64,000 nt of DNA from an uncultured Pelagibacteraceae bacterium (GTDB lineage Bacteria; Pseudomonadota; Alphaproteobacteria; Pelagibacterales; Pelagibacteraceae): assembly GCA_902518155.1 (NCBI GenBank), contig CABYFA010000001.1, positions 7,942 through 71,941 of the forward strand, read 5' to 3'. Made by a program: the position numbers and the translations under genes. The notes under the pieces are model-generated. The model saw nothing but the letters and a program-made list of their open reading frames with translations. It was not told where the DNA came from and made no database searches. This document shows positions 18,364-27,052 of this stretch, piece after piece. The first letter of the stretch is position 1. Each line of letters starts with the position of its first letter.

Positions 18364-18678
18364 GTGATCAAAATCATTAAGTACTTTTTCTATTCAATAT
18401 TCTTATCAATCTTTATAGCAATCACATTAGCGATTATCTTTATTCCAGAAGATCAAGCCTGGATAGATTGTTCCGATGAAAAAGATTTATATCGTTATGT
18501 TTATGATGGTTGGAAAGTAGATAAAGTTATTAAGGATTATAAAGGAGAATATCCAAGAATATGGTTATCAAAAAACGATAGAATAAAAGCATTAAATTTT
18601 GGATGGAGATGTTATTATCTTGAAGGTGCAGAATTAAATTTTAAAAAATCGCAAGATTTACAACTAAAGTATAACTAA
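18364..18678 (+). CDS. Hypothetical protein with N-terminal TM helix
   Basis: 104 aa, GTG start, hydrophobic N-terminus then aromatic-rich soluble domain; no family recognised. Confidence 0.55.
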   Translation: MIKIIKYFFYSIFLSIFIAITLAIIFIPEDQAWIDCSDEKDLYRYVYDGWKVDKVIKDYKGEYPRIWLSKNDRIKALNFGWRCYYLEGAELNFKKSQDLQLKYN

Positions 18679-19815
18679 ATCAAGTTTTTGTTTTCCTAAT
18701 CTCTTATTTCCATCTTCAGTTACAATATAGGTTTCACCCAAATTCATTGCTAATTGATTTTCTGAGTCCATTAATATCATATGCATAAAAAAAATATTTC
18801 CAGGCTCAATCACATATGGATTTCCAGTATATAACATTGGCCAATCCATCCAATTTGGAGCAAAAGTAGTACCTAAAGAATATCCACATGCATTCATTCT
18901 TGCTTTATTAAAACCAAGATCATCAAAAGTTTTTGCGTGAATATCAAAAACCTCTCCAATTTTATTTCCTGGTTTTAATTTATTTTCACAATTCTTTAAC
19001 GCTTCAACACACGCCTCATGCATTTTATGATGTTTAGGATCTGCTTTACCTATAGGAATTGTTCTGAACATTGCTGAATGGTAATGTCTATAAGTACCAG
19101 CCCATTCTATAGTTAATTGATCTTGATCACTTAAAGTTTGTTTTTCTGATTGATAACGGCAAAGAAGAGCATTTTTTCCTGAACCAATAATAAATTCATT
19201 TGCAGGATAATCTCCCCCTCCTTCAAATATAACTTTGTTCATTTCAGCTAAAATTTTAGACTCACTCACACCCGCTTTAGCATATTTCCAAACTTCATCT
19301 AAAGCTTGATCAGCTAGTTCTGCAGCTTTTTTTACATAAACAATTTCCTCTTTGGATTTCACTACTCTTAACTTTGTTATTAAGTTTGATTTATCTTCAA
19401 CAGAACAATAATTCTCTAAAGACTTATTAAGCTTCAATGTATTTTTTCCAGTCAATCCATAAGCATCATATTCAACTCCTAATTTTTTTCCTTTGAGATT
19501 TAGCTCATCCAAAATAACTTTAAGATCATCGGTTGGGTTTGATCCATCTTTATCAACCCAAATTCTTATATCTTCAATATTGGATGTATTTTGTGCCTGT
19601 CTTAAATCTGGAGCTCTAGTCAGTAATATTGTGTTTCCTTTTTTATCTAAAATTAATGTTTGAAAAAAAACATATCCAAATGTGTCATAACCAGTTAACC
19701 AATACATAGACTCTTGTCTAAACATTAATAAAGCATCTATGTTTTGATCTTTCATGGAGTCTAAAACTTTAGATTTTCTAGTTCTAAATTCTTCTTTTGA
19801 AAAATGAAGTCCCAT
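18664..19815 (-). CDS. M24-fold (Xaa-Pro peptidase/creatinase/ectoine hydrolase-like) hydrolase
   Basis: ESMYWLTGYD N-domain, LRVVKSKEEI, pita-bread domain EWAGTYRHYHSAMFRT, CGYSLG, NIFFMH, LGET. Confidence 0.8.
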   Translation of the reverse strand: MGLHFSKEEFRTRKSKVLDSMKDQNIDALLMFRQESMYWLTGYDTFGYVFFQTLILDKKGNTILLTRAPDLRQAQNTSNIEDIRIWVDKDGSNPTDDLKVILDELNLKGKKLGVEYDAYGLTGKNTLKLNKSLENYCSVEDKSNLITKLRVVKSKEEIVYVKKAAELADQALDEVWKYAKAGVSESKILAEMNKVIFEGGGDYPANEFIIGSGKNALLCRYQSEKQTLSDQDQLTIEWAGTYRHYHSAMFRTIPIGKADPKHHKMHEACVEALKNCENKLKPGNKIGEVFDIHAKTFDDLGFNKARMNACGYSLGTTFAPNWMDWPMLYTGNPYVIEPGNIFFMHMILMDSENQLAMNLGETYIVTEDGNKRLGKQKLDLVIL

Positions 19816-19822
19816 TAATGAT

Positions 19823-20212
19823 TTAATAACTGGTGTATTCTTTTATTTCTTTGATAGCTGATCCAGTGTGATTGTTAATCTCTAATTTAATTTTTGCCCG
19901 ATCATCATTTAGAAAATGAACATCTCTTGAAAGCTTAATAAATTTTTCCCCAAAATCCTTTTCTTTCTCACATTGTCTTTTATCATCCTCGATAACCCAA
20001 AGTTTTGAGTTAATTTCTTTAAGAGATTGGTAAAGATTATTCAGCTTTTCATCAGATTTAATATTTTCATCTAACTGATTTTTAAGAATAGAGTGCTCGT
20101 TATTAATGAATTTTAATTTTTCAGCATCTTTTATCTTTTCTTTTTTAATCTCTAAAATTGAAATTTTATCTAAAAGTTCTCCAACCGATACTTCTACTAT
20201 AATTTTATTCAT
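19823..20212 (-). CDS. Conserved hypothetical protein (DUF6165-like)
   Basis: VEVSVGELLDKISILEIK, LWVIEDDKR, NDDRAKIK pattern. Confidence 0.7.
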   Translation of the reverse strand: MNKIIVEVSVGELLDKISILEIKKEKIKDAEKLKFINNEHSILKNQLDENIKSDEKLNNLYQSLKEINSKLWVIEDDKRQCEKEKDFGEKFIKLSRDVHFLNDDRAKIKLEINNHTGSAIKEIKEYTSY

Positions 20213-20244
20213 AAAATTTAATACTATGTTATCTTGTTATAAAT

Positions 20245-21186
20245 ATGTCTAATATACTAATTATCAAACACGGATCTTTAGGAGATATATCTCAAGCTAG
20301 TGGTGCTATTCAAGACATATCTGAAAATCATAAAAATGATCAAATTCATCTTCTTACTACAAAACCATTTATTGATTTATTCAAAAAAAATCCATTTATT
20401 CATAATGTTATTTTAGACAAAAGACTACCTAGGTTTAATTTAATATATTTATATTTTTTAATGCGTGAAATAAAAAAACATAACTTTTCTAAAGTTTTTG
20501 ACTTGCAAAATTCATCTAGAACTAATTTTTATAAGAATATTCTTTTTCCAAAAGCAGGTAAAGAAATATGGTCGAGCTCAATAACAACTTTACCAGCAGG
20601 AAAAAACAAAAGTGAATTTGATAAAAATTCGGTTCTCGAAAGATTTGAATATCAATTGAAAGATTCTGGTTTAAATACATTGAATACGTTAAGACCAGAT
20701 TTTAATTGGGCTGCTACAGATATAAGTGAAATTAAAAACTTTTATAAAATAACAAAATATATTTTATTATTTCCTTTCTGTTCACCTCATTTAACGATTA
20801 AAAAATGGCCTTATTACAACAAGCTTATTGATTTAATATCAAACAAGTATGGTGAAGAATATAAGGTTATTACAGCTCCTGGACCGACTGAAATCAGTGA
20901 AGCAAAAAATATTAATGCATTAGCCTTACTGGATAATGGAAGAGCGCTAGATATTTCTCAACTTACCACCTTGATAAAAGATAGCTCATTTATTGTTGCA
21001 AATGATACTGGTCCTGCTCATATAGCAGCTCATGTAGGAGCTAAAGGTCTTACATTATTTGGCAAACATACAACAGCTTATAAAGTAAGTATTGAAAGAG
21101 AAAATTTTAAACCAATTGAAGTTACAGATCTAAAAAATTTAAGCGCTGAAAGAGTTTTTGAAAGATTATCTAACTCTTTAACCTAG
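20245..21186 (+). CDS. Glycosyltransferase family 9 (heptosyltransferase-like)
   Basis: ILIIKHGSLGD, FDLQ, KKWP, IVANDTGPAHIAA. Confidence 0.9.
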   Translation: MSNILIIKHGSLGDISQASGAIQDISENHKNDQIHLLTTKPFIDLFKKNPFIHNVILDKRLPRFNLIYLYFLMREIKKHNFSKVFDLQNSSRTNFYKNILFPKAGKEIWSSSITTLPAGKNKSEFDKNSVLERFEYQLKDSGLNTLNTLRPDFNWAATDISEIKNFYKITKYILLFPFCSPHLTIKKWPYYNKLIDLISNKYGEEYKVITAPGPTEISEAKNINALALLDNGRALDISQLTTLIKDSSFIVANDTGPAHIAAHVGAKGLTLFGKHTTAYKVSIERENFKPIEVTDLKNLSAERVFERLSNSLT

Positions 21187-22249
21187 TTTTTTCAATTATT
21201 CTTAAAATCACTGGCACGACAAAAAGTATAAATAACAATCTTATAATATGATGAAAAGCAACAAAATCTGGCTCAAGGTCAAAAGCAATCGCTATTACTG
21301 CTACCTCATAAATACCTCCGGGGCAAAAGGATAAGATCAGTGATAAAATGTTATTATCTACAAAAAATGTAGCAACGTATGCTGCTATCAGACCTAATAA
21401 AACTAAAAGTATGGTTGCGACTAATCCATGAAAAGAGTTATTTGCCACTTCTTTAAATGTTTTATTTGCAAACCTACATCCAACAGAAGCTCCCAAAATT
21501 AATAAACAAAAATTTATTGATGCATCAGGTAATTTGTATGACGCGATGTCAGATATTTGTAAAACTCCACTTGCAACGAGTGTTCCAGATAATATTGCAG
21601 CTGGAACTTTAAATTTATCAAAAAAAAATATGAACACTAATGAAACAATAATTAATATAATTAATTCCCAATGGTTTTGAGACATGTAATCAAATTTTTC
21701 TAATTCTAAAGCTTCAGCTGGGTAAAGACTAACTATTATAAAAGGGAATAAAGTTATTATAATTATTAATCGAATTAAATGAGCTGTAGCTACTTGAGAT
21801 AAATCTGATTTTTCATACTCTGCTAAAATCATTAATGGTCCTAAAGCACCTGGGGCAGCAGAAAATATTGATGTTTTTTCTTTGTAATCAGAAAATTTTT
21901 GTAAATATTTAGAAACAATTAAAATGCTAATAACAATATAAAAAAACATTATAATTGTTGTCCAAATCCAATTAACCATCTGATTAAGTAAATTTTGATC
22001 AATATAGTTTCCAATATGTAATCCTAAAATAATTAAGATTGAGCTAAGGGCTAATCTTGGCATTATTACTTGAAAACCTTTTAGGGCAATCAAAGAGGTT
22101 GCTATCATCGGACCAATCATCCACGCAAGTGGGACCTTAAAAAAGTCAGCGACAATCGCACTAGGAATAGAGATCACAATGACTAATAAAAATTTTTTTG
22201 ATAATAATTGCCCAAAACTTTCTCGGTTAAAGGGAATCACGTTCTGCAT
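21170..22249 (-). CDS. AbrB-family membrane protein
   Basis: PLAWMIGPM, APGALG, HLIRL, FCPGG.YE, HHIIRL duplicated membrane domains. Confidence 0.85.
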   Translation of the reverse strand: MQNVIPFNRESFGQLLSKKFLLVIVISIPSAIVADFFKVPLAWMIGPMIATSLIALKGFQVIMPRLALSSILIILGLHIGNYIDQNLLNQMVNWIWTTIIMFFYIVISILIVSKYLQKFSDYKEKTSIFSAAPGALGPLMILAEYEKSDLSQVATAHLIRLIIIITLFPFIIVSLYPAEALELEKFDYMSQNHWELIILIIVSLVFIFFFDKFKVPAAILSGTLVASGVLQISDIASYKLPDASINFCLLILGASVGCRFANKTFKEVANNSFHGLVATILLVLLGLIAAYVATFFVDNNILSLILSFCPGGIYEVAVIAIAFDLEPDFVAFHHIIRLLFILFVVPVILRIIEKTRLKS

Positions 22250-22267
22250 GTGCTCTATCTTTGGTTG

Positions 22268-22296
22268 TTGACTAGATAACTAAAAGTATGTTTAAT
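22268..22296 (+). promoter_or_regulatory. Sigma70-type promoter for tctC
   Basis: TTGACT-N17-TTTAAT. Confidence 0.6.
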
Positions 22297-22329
22297 CTAT
22301 GTAATTAACTATAACAACGAGAGGAAATA

Positions 22330-23310
22330 ATGAAACTAATTAAATCTTTTTTTTCAGTTTTATTCTCTGCCGCTCTTTTATTATCAACAACTACAGTCAA
22401 CTCAATTGCAATTGATAAAATACATTTTGTAATTGGTGGTGGTGCTGGTGGTGGTTGGGATGGAACTGCTAGAGGTACTGGAGAAGCTTTGACAAAAGCT
22501 GGATTTTTAAAAAGCGCATCATTTGAAAATATGTCAGGTGGTGGTGGTGGAAAAGCTCTTGCTTACATGATTAATACTAAGCCAGAAAATACAATCTTAG
22601 TTCAATCAACACCACTAGTTTTGAGATCAATTACAAGACACAAAGGTTATGTCAGTGGAAGTGGAACTTTATCTTATAAAGATGTTGTGCCAATTGCTGG
22701 AGTAATTGGTGACTATGGTGCAATTGCAGTTGCAAAAGACTCACCTTTCAAAAACTTTAAAGATGTTGTTGATGCATATAAAGCAAACCCTAGTTCAATA
22801 AAAATGGCTGGTGGTTCTGTTAGAGGAAGTATGGACCATTTAATTGGTGCTTTAGCATTTCAAGCTGCTGGTGCAGATCCAAATGCTGTAGCTTATATTC
22901 CTTATGATGCAGGTGGAAAAGCACTAGCTGGACTTTTATCTGGAGAAACTCAAATTATATCTACAGGTTTAGGTGAATTAATGGGAGCAAGAGACCAAGT
23001 AAGAATTATTGGTATAACTGCGCCTGATAGAGTTGGTGATGCACCTGATGCACCTACACTTAAAGAGCAAGGATATGATGTACAATTCGTAAACTGGAGA
23101 GGATTTTTTGGTCCTCCAGGCATGAGTAGCAAAGATAAAAAAGCTATTGCTAAAATGTTAGGCGATGTACAAAAAACTCCTGAATGGGAAGCGGTAAGAG
23201 CAAGAAATGCTTGGGTAAATATTTATAACCCAGACAAAAAGTTTGTTAAGTTTTTAAAAACTCAAACGAAAGAAATGACAGCTCTTATGAAGAAACTAGG
23301 AGTTATTTAA
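22330..23310 (+). CDS. tctC: Tripartite tricarboxylate transporter substrate-binding protein
   Basis: GGGAGGGWDGTAR, NMSGGGG, GGSVRGSMDH, YIPYDAGG, NWRGFFGP (Bug/TctC). Confidence 0.9.
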   Translation: MKLIKSFFSVLFSAALLLSTTTVNSIAIDKIHFVIGGGAGGGWDGTARGTGEALTKAGFLKSASFENMSGGGGGKALAYMINTKPENTILVQSTPLVLRSITRHKGYVSGSGTLSYKDVVPIAGVIGDYGAIAVAKDSPFKNFKDVVDAYKANPSSIKMAGGSVRGSMDHLIGALAFQAAGADPNAVAYIPYDAGGKALAGLLSGETQIISTGLGELMGARDQVRIIGITAPDRVGDAPDAPTLKEQGYDVQFVNWRGFFGPPGMSSKDKKAIAKMLGDVQKTPEWEAVRARNAWVNIYNPDKKFVKFLKTQTKEMTALMKKLGVI

Positions 23311-23338
23311 TCCTCTGGATTAATTAATTTAAAGAGCA

Positions 23339-23809
23339 GTGAATATAAATACGACAAAAATTATATCACTGCTCTTTTTTATTTTCTCAGCATTTTATTT
23401 ATATACAGCTTATCAAATTCAGGTTTTTGCGTTCGATGAAAATGCACCATTTAATGCAAGAACATTTCCAATTTATTTAGGATATGCTGGTTTATTTTTT
23501 TCTGGTTTAAAATTAATCTTACCAGATCCAGATACTATAAAAGTTGAACATAGAACTTTAGAATACAAAAAAACGGCATTACTAATTTTAGTTGCAATTA
23601 TCTATGGGGCAACAATTTTAAAAGTGGGTTACTTTTTAACTACATCTTTATTTTTATTTGCCTCTTATTACTTTTTAGGTGAGAGAAGATGGGTTTTAAT
23701 GTTTTTACTTTCTTTTCCATTTGTTGCTGGATTTATGTATTTGCTTCACGGAGTTCTTGAAATTTATTTAAGGGATCCCTTTTTAAAATCTATTGGAGTG
23801 ATGGGATGA
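23339..23809 (+). CDS. tctB: TTT small membrane subunit
   Basis: Hydrophobic 156 aa, ARTFP motif, position between tctC and tctA. Confidence 0.85.
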   Translation: MNINTTKIISLLFFIFSAFYLYTAYQIQVFAFDENAPFNARTFPIYLGYAGLFFSGLKLILPDPDTIKVEHRTLEYKKTALLILVAIIYGATILKVGYFLTTSLFLFASYYFLGERRWVLMFLLSFPFVAGFMYLLHGVLEIYLRDPFLKSIGVMG

Positions 23810-25302
23810 CAGAAGGAATATTAATTGGTTTAACTACAGCATTATCATTTCAAAATATTTTTATGGTTATGATTGGTTGTTTCTTTGGAACAATTATTGG
23901 AATGTTACCTGGTTTAGGTCCAATGACAGCGATTGCTTTAATGATACCAATTACTTATGGTTTTGATCCTGCAACGGGCCTGATTTTAATGGCTGGAGTT
24001 TATTACGGGGCAGTATTTGGTGGTTCTACCTCCTCCATTTTGTTAAATGCACCAGGAGTTCCAGGAACTGTCGCAACTTCTTTCGATGGATATCCAATGG
24101 CACAACAAGGTAAAGCCGGTAAAGCATTAGCTATCGCCGCCTGGAGTTCATTTGCAGGTGGAACACTATCAGCAATTTATTTATTGTTTATGGCTCCAAG
24201 TTTATCAAAAGTAAGTTTATCTTTTAGATCGCCAGATTATTTCGCATTAATGATTTTAGGGTTGACGGCAATAGCAGCTTTTTCATCTAAAGGGCAGTTT
24301 TTAAAAGCAATGATGATGGTGGTATTGGGGTTAATGCTCGCATCTGTTGGGCAAGACTCTTTATCAGATATTACAAGATTTACTTTTGATAATATGAATT
24401 TAACAGACGGAATAAGTTTTGTTTTGGTGGTTATGTCAACATTTGCTATGAGCGAAGCCTTAACAATCATATTAAAGCGAAATGATCCAACAGCTGCAGC
24501 AAAACAAGTTTCTCTAACGGAACTTGGATCAATAAGAATTAATAAAGAAGAACGAGGTAAAATGTATCGAACTATTCCAAGATCCTCAGTTATTGGTTTC
24601 TTGATTGGAGTATTACCTGGTGCGGGTGCCACCATTGCATCATTCTTAGCATATGGAATGGAAAGAAATTTAGTAAAGGATGAAGAAAAAGAAAAATTTG
24701 GAAAAGGAAGTGTGAATGGATTGTCTGCACCTGAAACAGCAAATAATGCAGCATGCTCTGGTTCTTTTGTACCTATGTTAACTTTAGGTATACCGGGAAG
24801 TGGAACTACAGCGGTTATGCTTGGAGCACTTTTGGGTTTTGGTATTCAGCCAGGTCCAAGACTTTATATGACCAATCCTGAAATTTTTTGGTCAGTTATA
24901 ATGTCAATGTATATTGGGATGGTAATATTATTAATATTAAATTTACCTTTAATTCCATACATCGCTAGAATTCTTGCTGTACCAAAAAATTATTTGATTC
25001 CATTAATCTTATTTTTTTCTATTACAGGAATTTATGTAATGTCATTTAATAATTTTGACATTTATTTAATGATTGGCATAGCAGTTGTTGCAACCTTTTT
25101 ACGACTTTATGATTTTCCCATGCCGCCATTGATACTAGCGTTTGTTCTTGGTGGGTTGATGGAGGAGAATTTAAGAAGATCATTACTTTTAAGTAATGGA
25201 TCTTGGGAGTTTCTATGGGACAGAACTCTTACAATTTGTATATTGGTTACAACAATTCTAATTGTTCTGTGGCACATTTATAAAACTCTGACAAAAAAAT
25301 AA
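23806..25302 (+). CDS. tctA: TTT large membrane subunit
   Basis: GMLPGLGP, NAPGVPG, FDGYPMA, PETANNA, LTLGIPGS motifs. Confidence 0.93.
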   Translation: MTEGILIGLTTALSFQNIFMVMIGCFFGTIIGMLPGLGPMTAIALMIPITYGFDPATGLILMAGVYYGAVFGGSTSSILLNAPGVPGTVATSFDGYPMAQQGKAGKALAIAAWSSFAGGTLSAIYLLFMAPSLSKVSLSFRSPDYFALMILGLTAIAAFSSKGQFLKAMMMVVLGLMLASVGQDSLSDITRFTFDNMNLTDGISFVLVVMSTFAMSEALTIILKRNDPTAAAKQVSLTELGSIRINKEERGKMYRTIPRSSVIGFLIGVLPGAGATIASFLAYGMERNLVKDEEKEKFGKGSVNGLSAPETANNAACSGSFVPMLTLGIPGSGTTAVMLGALLGFGIQPGPRLYMTNPEIFWSVIMSMYIGMVILLILNLPLIPYIARILAVPKNYLIPLILFFSITGIYVMSFNNFDIYLMIGIAVVATFLRLYDFPMPPLILAFVLGGLMEENLRRSLLLSNGSWEFLWDRTLTICILVTTILIVLWHIYKTLTKK

Positions 25303-25313
25303 TTTTTAGTTTA

Positions 25314-25652
25314 TTATAGATCTTCATTATGCCAGGTAAAAAGATCTGCTTCATAAGGAATATTTTTAAATTTCAGTAATGCTTTATATTTTCTAAGCCT
25401 ATCCTCTTTTTTAGCACTTTTTAAGTATTCGAGAATTTGATCATAGGTTAGTCCTCTCAACTTATTTTTTTTTACATCTACATACTCCTCATATTCCATA
25501 CCTGCTATCGCATATCCCCTGTTAGGGTCTATGTGCTCTGCATAGCTGATAGTATCTTCATTTTCTTTTAGGATATCGTACCAATGAGCAACCTGATTTT
25601 TTTTATCAAAAAGATAATTTTTTCTGTAATCAAACAGTTTTAATTGATGCAT
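25314..25652 (-). CDS. Hypothetical protein (orphan)
   Basis: 112-aa ORF filling an otherwise empty interval; no family recognised. Confidence 0.6.
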   Translation of the reverse strand: MHQLKLFDYRKNYLFDKKNQVAHWYDILKENEDTISYAEHIDPNRGYAIAGMEYEEYVDVKKNKLRGLTYDQILEYLKSAKKEDRLRKYKALLKFKNIPYEADLFTWHNEDL

Positions 25653-25703
25653 ATTTTTGAAGTTTTAAAATAAAAAAATTAGTTAACAATTAATAATATA
25701 ATT

Positions 25704-25731
25704 TTGAATTATGTCTTAAGTATGATAGAAT
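25704..25731 (+). promoter_or_regulatory. Sigma70-type promoter upstream of the riboswitch
   Basis: TTGAAT (25704-25709), 16-nt spacer, extended -10 TGnTAGAAT (25723-25731); predicted start about 25737. Confidence 0.6.
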
Positions 25732-25736
25732 TAATT

Positions 25737-25794
25737 AGTCCTGATTTAGATCATAACTCTACTTGCTGGGACTTAAAACACAACGCTAAAGGAG
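25737..25794 (+). ncRNA. SAM-II-class riboswitch (H-type pseudoknot), translational
   Basis: P1 AGUCCU/GGGACU; loop GAUUUA; UUGC pairing with GC(U)AA; CUCU pairing with SD GGAG; A-rich L3 UAAAACACAAC; same motif order as the canonical SAM-II consensus. Confidence 0.85.
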
Positions 25795-25798
25795 AAAC

Positions 25799-25966
25799 AT
25801 GAAACTAAAAATACAATCAATTAAAAACTATTTTAAATTAAAAAAGAATAAGGGACTAGAACCATTGTTCTTTGAAAAAATAGGTGATCAAAAAACATCA
25901 AGAGATGAGATGCGTAAAAACATAATTAAAGCTTTAGAAAAGAATGGGTGGACTATAAAAAAATAA
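25799..25966 (+). CDS. Small basic hypothetical protein (55 aa), not in the ORF track
   Basis: SD AAAGGAG 4 nt before ATG; MKLKIQSIKNYFKLKKNKGLEPLFFEKIGDQKTSRDEMRKNIIKALEKNGWTIKK*. Confidence 0.75.
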   Translation: MKLKIQSIKNYFKLKKNKGLEPLFFEKIGDQKTSRDEMRKNIIKALEKNGWTIKK

Positions 25967-25969
25967 ATT

Positions 25970-27052
25970 TTAATTCAATATTTTTTTATATTGTTCGATG
26001 GTATTAGACCAATCGAATTTAGATGATAACTCTTTTGCATTTTTACCAAAATGCAAATATTTTTTATTTTCAATCATAGAATTTAATGATGAATAAATTT
26101 CATCTAGATTATTTCCATCACATATTAGTCCTGTTTTATCATGTTGAATTGCATCTGCTGCACCTCCATCAGCTCCACCTAAAGAGGGAACTCCATATTG
26201 TGCAGCCTCTATATAAGCTATACCAAAACCTTCAACTGAGCTTTTATATTTTACTGATGGCATCACAAATATATTTGATTTTGCCACCAAAGCATTTTTA
26301 AGGTCATCAGTTATCTCTTTAAAAAACATAACTTGCCCACTTAAATCGAGTTCATTTACCAAATCTTTTAAATTTTGTTCTTCTTCTCCATACCCAATGC
26401 AAATGTAAACAATATTTGGATAAATTTGTTTTAAGTTTCTCAGAGCCATCAACACTTTTTCATGATTTTTTCTTTTATCAAATCTTGAAACTGTAATTAA
26501 ACGTGGTGATTTTGTTTTAAGTAAGCTTTCAACTTTAGTTAACGATGTCTTATTTAATTCTTGGGCAGGGCTAATTCCTGGATTTATCACAACAACTTTT
26601 TCTTGTTCTATACCATTTTGAATGGCTAAATTTTTTGTATATTCAGAATTTGCTATTACTTTTTCAACACTATTTAAAACTTTGTTTGCTCTTTTATTTA
26701 AAGAGCTTCCTTTAGCGTGATTGATTTCTTTTCCGTGAATTAAACAATATTTTTTTTTATCAGTTACTATTAATTCTAAACTTTTCCAATGATCAGCTAT
26801 AACACCTTGAACTTTACTTTCTTTTAAATATTCATTAATTAGCTGTGCTTTTCTAATCTTTCTTAGGAATTTAATTCCACCAACTCTCTCAATTGAAAAA
26901 TTTACTTTTTTATCAAATTCTTTATGATTCTCGTAATGATCAGCAAAAACCTTGACCATAAAGTTTTTAGACATTTCTTTTGCCAAACCCCACATTAAAC
27001 TTTGCATACCACCCACCTCTGGTGGAAAAGATCTCGTAACAATTAAATACAT
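25970..27052 (-). CDS. Glycosyltransferase family 4
   Basis: VTRSFPPEVGGMQ, ITVSRFDKRKNH, EGFGIAYIEAA, GGAADAI. Confidence 0.9.
   Translation of the reverse strand: MYLIVTRSFPPEVGGMQSLMWGLAKEMSKNFMVKVFADHYENHKEFDKKVNFSIERVGGIKFLRKIRKAQLINEYLKESKVQGVIADHWKSLELIVTDKKKYCLIHGKEINHAKGSSLNKRANKVLNSVEKVIANSEYTKNLAIQNGIEQEKVVVINPGISPAQELNKTSLTKVESLLKTKSPRLITVSRFDKRKNHEKVLMALRNLKQIYPNIVYICIGYGEEEQNLKDLVNELDLSGQVMFFKEITDDLKNALVAKSNIFVMPSVKYKSSVEGFGIAYIEAAQYGVPSLGGADGGAADAIQHDKTGLICDGNNLDEIYSSLNSMIENKKYLHFGKNAKELSSKFDWSNTIEQYKKILN

Noticed and set aside
18664-19815. DddP DMSP lyase
   Set aside because: DddP is a metal-binding M24 protein; the metal-ligand pattern here appears lost and fits the creatinase/ectoine-hydrolase type better
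21170-22249. Ammonia monooxygenase
   Set aside because: The label is a known legacy annotation of AbrB-family membrane proteins; no amoCAB features
25799-25966. HicA toxin of a HicAB system
   Set aside because: Only the first helix-strand resembles HicA; no GSH catalytic motif and no recognisable HicB neighbour
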